Shown here: in pieces, positions 59,124 through 64,000 of the stretch
Numbering within the stretch: position 1 is the stretch's first letter
How the letters are laid out: each line of letters opens with the position of its first letter
Source of the DNA: Haliotis rufescens
Taxonomy: Eukaryota
Assembly: GCF_023055435.1 (NCBI RefSeq)
Contig: NW_025964371.1
Span: forward strand, 310,001-374,000
Length of the DNA stretch: 64,000 nucleotides
Direction of reading: 5' to 3'
Program-made: the position numbers and the translations under genes
Notes under the pieces: generated by a model
Database searches by the model: none
What the model was told of the DNA's origin: nothing
Seen by the model: the letters and a program-made list of their open reading frames with translations, nothing else

Positions 59124-62100
59124 CTATGGTTCACTTTCTTGTTGGTTGATGATTTCAACTTCATTTGGGTTCAGCGCATCCGCAGTGTCGTGACAAGTCC
59201 TTCTTGAATGCCTGAAGGTTGTGGACAGCAGGCCACAGAGAGCGCAAGAGAAGAACATCACACCTGATGGAACGAGAGCAGACAATTATAATTATGACAC
59301 CATGTGTAAATAAATAATTAATTGATAATGATTATAATGATGATGAAGAAGATGATGATGATGATGATGATGAAGATGATGATAGTATCCAGGCCAACAA
59401 ACCTGATCTTGTTCTTTATGATAAATCCAATGAAATCATTTATATCATTGAATTTTCTGTCCCCGTTGACACTAATGTGATTGACAAGATTGAGGAAAAA
59501 CATGGCAAATATGCGGACCTCGCTTTTGAAATCACGCTTGCATCCCAAGTACCAAGTTGTTCGACTCCCCATTGTTCTGACTGACATCGGGGGTGTACCC
59601 GGGTTTGCTACTAGGACTACAGACCTTCTGACAATCTGGGTAATGCAGAAGGCTGCAGTGTTGGGGAGTCTCCCTCTGTGCTGCTTGTAGAGGGAGCAAG
59701 GGCCCCGAGCTGATGATGAGCCTAACCAGCCTGACTGTGCCAGGATCAACCAAACCCTCTTTACTGCATTTTTTATTTTAATCTGTAAAAAGGCGATTGA
59801 CATTATTTTTGCCCCTGTCATTCTCAGCTCCCTGGAGAGTATACAGCCCAAGCTGCATGTGAGGAGATAGAAGGGCTGGTTGAACGGAGGCATATCTTCA
59901 ACTAAATCGACGCTTCTGTGGTCTTGTGGTAGAGCGTCGCCCGGAGATCTGAAGGTCAGACGTTCGATCACCGACCGCATCGTACCAGAAGATGGTACTT
60001 GTTGTTACCATGTCTTGCGCTCGACATTAAGGGGCTAAAACAAGGACTGGTCGGCTCGGAGTATAGTGTGTTTGAGTGGGGTATCCATGTTAAACTGCGG
60101 CATGGTATCTCAGTGTGCTAGCTCTGTAAATCGGCGTCACGTTCGACTACGTTCATCGCCTTTTACTTACTGTTCAATATGACATGGGGGAATAGGGATC
60201 GAAATATTTAAAATTGTGTGATCATGTGAGATTAAGGACTGACTGACTTTATTTTACGGAAAAGGAACTTTGATAAAATAACGTCACGGGCTTTGGAAAG
60301 CAAAATGGCGGACCCTTCGCAACCGGTGCCTGGTCTTTGTCTTTTGGAGCTGGAATCCAGCATATGGTTTGGAGGAATTCGGTTGCACTTTAGCAACATC
60401 ATGTGTTCCGTTGCACAAGATGAAGATGCAACCAATGCTGTCCGTAAGAGGCAACTAAATAGATCGGGTGGCCAGGCACCGTGACCTCAGACCCTGATTC
60501 TAAGACGGTATGTAAATTCCACATCATTCGAAGTATTTTTATGCATGCCGGACTTTTAAAACGTAGTAGTTTTGTCATTTTCATCTTTGGCTTAACTGGT
60601 AAACTATCGCTAGTGACTGAAGGGATGATATAAATCCTGCCGGGGTCAATGCAAGAATCAAAGACACTGTACGCCCCCATGGTCCCTAGTGTGGTGATCG
60701 GGGCGGTAGGGTAGCCCAGTGGTTAAAGCGTTCGCTCGTCACGCCGAAGACCCGGGTTCGATTCCTGACATGGGTACAAAGTGTGAAGCCCATTTCTGGT
60801 GTCCCCCGTCGTGATATTGCTTGAATATTGCTAAAAGCGGCGTAAAACAATACTCACTCACTCACTAAATATATATGCTATATAGGGGCGGTCGGGTAGC
60901 CTAGTGGTTAAAGCGTTCGCTCGTCACGCCGAAGACCCGGGTTCGATTCCTGACATGGGTACAATGTGTGAAGCCCATTTCTGGTGTCCCCCGTCGTGAC
61001 ATTGCTGGAATATTGCTAAAAGCGGCGTAAAACCATACTCATTCACTCACTAAATATGCTATATAGGGGCGGTCGGGTAGCCTAGTGGTTAAAGCGTTCG
61101 CTCGTCACGCCGAAGACCAGGGTTCGATTCCTGACATGGGTACAATGTGTCAAGCCCATTTCTGGTGTTCCCCGTCGTGACATTGCTGGCATATTGCTAA
61201 AAGCGGCGTAAAACAATACTCACTCACTCAATATATATGCTATATAGGGGCGGTCGGGTAGCCTAGTGGTTACATCGTTCGCTCGTCACGCCGAAGACCA
61301 GGGTTCGATTCCTGACATGGGTACAATGTGTGAAGCCCATTTCTGGTGTCCCCCGTCGTGATATTGCTGGCATATTGCTAAAAGCGGCGTAAAACCATAC
61401 TCACTCACTAAATATGCTATATAGGGGCGGTTGGGTAGCCTAGTGGTTAAAGCGTTCGCTCGTCACGCCGAAGACCCTGGTTCGATTCCCGACATGGGTA
61501 CAATGTGTGAAGCCCATTTCTGGTGTCGCCCGTCGTGATCTTGCTGGCATATTGCTAAAAGCGGCGTAAAACCATACTCACTCACTCACTCATTATATAT
61601 GCTATATAGGGGCGGTCGGGTAGCCTAGTGGTTAAAGCGTTCGCTCGTCACGCCGAAGACCCGGGTTCGATTCCCGACATGGGTACAATGTGTGAAGCCC
61701 ATTTCTGGTGTCGCCCGTTGTGATCTTGCTGGCATATTGCTAAAAGCGGCGTAAAACCATACTCTCTTACTAGTATGGTGATCTCCCTTTAGTTACTGAA
61801 GATCTCTAGCCCATTCTTATATTGTGTTGTTAAATCTTTCTGCTTTTACATGTTCCTCAACTGGTATTAAATCGACTCTGTGCTATTCTTGTTATTGTAC
61901 TGCCCTTTTTTATGACAGGTGTTTATTAAGTCTACATATATGTGTTATTAATTTTTTACTTCTCTTCACGATTTGGTTGAAATATTGCCGGTGTGACGTT
62001 AAATATTAACTCACTCACTCGCTCATACACTGACGCTTGGGACATTTCTCATAATATCAATCACTGATTTGTCTTGTACAGATTCCAATATTTATAGACC

Positions 62101-63531
62101 GTCGGCATATAGCTGAGATATTGTTTGTTTGTTGTTTAAAGACGCACATATGGACCAGACAATCCAGAGATTGACATCATGAACATCAACCACAAATGGA
62201 CATTTTGACCAGTCAACTCCTTGTCATTACATGCTATGTGGCTTTTATGTTAAGAATCTTACAATCAATACAATATATCATTGGTGCGGAATATGAGTAT
62301 ATCACGCTTGAGATATGCTTATGGTTTCTCAATGGGTGCTTAAAGTTTACACCTATTGATGATGGTGGCTAAAATGAACTAAAAACAAGAAGTGGTTATT
62401 CGTTTCAATACCCGTATCAGAGTTATGTTTTGAAATGTTTTACACAAAAAAACGAGGTTCGCAGCACATTCTCAAAACACATGCTATGTGGCTTTTATGT
62501 TGAGAATCTTTCTCACGCTTGAGAAATGTTTTTGGTTTCTCAATGGGTGCTTAAAGTTTACATCTATGTTTGATGGTGGCTAAAATGAACTAAAAACAAG
62601 AAGTGGTTATTCGATGGTGGTGTTTCAATACAGGAACAGTAAACTACGTTTATAACGAACACGCTTATAACGAACTGTCGGATATAACGAACTTACTTTT
62701 TTGTCCCGACAACTTGCTGTAGTTATGCTGTATATATGCTTATAACGAACTACGGTTATAACGAACTAAAATTAGTGGCCCTTTTGAGTTTGTTATAACC
62801 GTAGTTTACTGTATCAGAGTTATGTTTTGAAACTTTATTTTGCTGCTGTTTTCAGCCTCATGACGTTTGTAATTTCTTTGTCCAATCCAATTCTCAAGTG
62901 CCAACTTTCTTTTTCCAGGCAGTTTAGTTTATATTGTACACTGATGTTGACCATTACTTGCGAAATAAATGTCAAAACGTCAATGCCTGTCATGTATGCG
63001 AGAAGATAATGATAATGTAGAATACCATGTTTGAATATTAAAAAAAATACATACTATGTTCCTTGATTCAAATCGACATCCGTCCCAAAACATTGCAGTC
63101 AAATACGCCCATGCCACTTATCTTCTACGCTGACATCAAAGAGTTCACGTTAAGTTTAATGAGTAGAAAGGAAATAAATATAATGTACGTGAGATCCCCT
63201 ATACATCAAGGCTGTAAACTGTACAGGTAACATGACTCTACATTGTAAGGACAATATGTTTATTGCCTTGTTTACTCGTTGGCTGAATTTATTTCCACAC
63301 ATCACTTAAGTTCATTTAAAATATACCTTGTAGGCAGGAATGATTTCGATCTATTACTATATCAGAAAAGTTATAAAACGGGCCTTAGAGAAATTAACGT
63401 GATTCGAAATAGTGAAATAAAAAGGTGTAATGCCCCAATAAACGGGCACCTGTGTGGATTAGCTACGCTATACAACGTACCTGCGAATATGTAGACGCCA
63501 TAATAGACCTTGGCTATTTGGAAGACATATC
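59124..63531 (-). CDS. Last two coding exons of an MFS transporter, SLC16/monocarboxylate-transporter-like (5' part outside the window)
   Basis: Exon 63531-63481 (TTGCAG|...|GTACGT; G-YVFQIAKVYYGVYIFA-G) splices in phase 1 to exon 59263-59124 (CCATCAG|; VMFFSCALCGLLSTTF...ESEP*). This resembles the MCT GxLxDxxxxYxxxFxFAG/TM12 end. Confidence 0.65.
59312..59383. repeat. (TAA/TGA/GAT)n trinucleotide microsatellite
   Basis: Seen directly. Confidence 0.9.
59381..59760 (+). mobile_element. R4/Dong-like non-LTR retrotransposon 3' fragment (restriction-like endonuclease domain)
   Basis: IQANKPDLVLYDKSNEIIYIIEFSVPVDTNVIDKIEEKHGKYADLAFEI-(frameshift)-RLHPKYQVVRLPIVL...MQKAAVLGS, a PD-(D/E)xK RLE pattern. 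Confidence 0.75.
59906..60150 (+). mobile_element. SINE family A, 3'-truncated
   Basis: GTGGTCTTGTGGTAGAGCGTC...GATGGTACTTGTTGTTACC...AAGGACTGGTCGGCTCGGAGT. Confidence 0.82.
60490..62022 (+). mobile_element. I/Nimb-type LINE 3'UTR fragment hosting the SINE array
   Basis: 60490-60699 and 61784-62022 together align with 45656-46113. Ends GAAATATTGCCGGTGTGACGTTAAATATTAACTCACTCACTC. Confidence 0.75.
60700..61769 (+). repeat. Head-to-tail hexamer of SINE family B
   Basis: Units start at 60700, 60885, 61066, 61247, 61424 and 61609, joined by (A/T)nATATGCTATATA. Outer TSD CTAGT(G/A)TGGTGATC at 60686-60699 and 61770-61783. Confidence 0.95.
62228..62835. repeat. Local tandem duplication of about 200 bp
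   Basis: 62228-62435 and 62480-62835 share ACATGCTATGTGGCTTTTATGTT...GATGGTGGCTAAAATGAACTAAAAACAAGAAGTGG...TATCAGAGTTATGTTTTGAAA. Confidence 0.85.
62637..62811. mobile_element. Tc1/pogo-type MITE
   Basis: TIR CAGTAAACTACG(T/G)TTATAAC with internal TTATAACGAAC repeats, followed by TA. Absent from the duplicate copy at about 62412. Confidence 0.85.
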
Positions 63532-64000
63532 CTGCAAGATAGAAAGAAGGGTGTTATGTAACGGTGCGTGAACTGAGGAACGGTGTTCCCCCTGTTTAAA
63601 TATAAAACGTCAACACCAGAGAATTATCAGTCTCGATTATCTGCCGAAACAGATTCCACTGGGCGTAAACAGTTTATATTTGAACACTAAACAGTGATGA
63701 CACCAGGTGTTCGCCAAAACAACACCGCTTTCATGTTCAATTGTCCAAAGTACAGCCCAGTTGCAAGTACACATGCACTTAACTATTCAAATTATATTTT
63801 ATAATTGCACTGATGTTTATCTACTATGTGCAGGTTTTACATGACGTAAATGGAAGGTTTTACTGTTGCAATGATTGTCGTGTGACATGACAGGGCAGAA
63901 TAGCATTGGGGCAAACTACTGAGGGCGTGGCTGATTGTGTGTTATTGTGTCCGTATGATGCATGTTGTTGCATATGCTATCAAGCACTGATTTACCGTAC

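Noticed and set aside
59705-59760. Hammerhead ribozyme core (CTGATGA), here and at about 50875
   Set aside because: No appropriately placed GAAA or flanking stems were found.
59318-59980. 220-aa minus-strand ORF with poly-Ile tail
   Set aside because: Antisense read-through of a SINE, the R4 fragment and the (GAT)n microsatellite.
60700-61769. CRISPR array or genuine tRNA-Asp gene cluster
   Set aside because: The units are wholly repeated with no unique spacers, there are no cas genes, and the context is eukaryotic. The tRNA-like heads have a poor acceptor stem and continue into a LINE-like tail; a solo copy with a TSD at 28088 shows they are SINEs.

Overview
Eukaryotic, AT-rich, intron- and repeat-rich animal DNA. 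The SINE and LINE repertoire suggests a mollusc, possibly a gastropod; this is inference. The backbone is a tandem cluster of three + strand SLC22 (organic cation/anion transporter-like, MFS) paralogues. Copy A is intact, with 8 coding exons (20614-35256, 513 aa) plus inferred 5'UTR exons from about 4.9 kb. Copy B (about 36.4-43.1 kb) is a deletion-riddled pseudogene. Copy C (47094 to about 56180) is a frameshifted and apparently mosaic pseudogene. The last two exons of a convergent SLC16/MCT-like gene lie on the - strand (63481-63531, 59124-59263). Introns and spacers hold two related two-gene PIF/Harbinger transposons 167 bp apart: one is degenerate, the other appears fully intact and has its empty site visible in copy B. 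They also hold Tc1 elements, I/Nimb-, L1/Tx1-, RTE-X- and R4/Dong-like LINE pieces, a hAT relic, MITEs, three tRNA-derived SINE families, a non-autonomous element with a LINE-derived head, and minisatellites. The most unusual items are a head-to-tail hexamer of tRNA-SINEs bounded by a single TSD, the candidate active Harbinger, and an I/Nimb LINE ecosystem sharing 3' tails and 5' heads. All coordinates were read by eye; no database searches were run.
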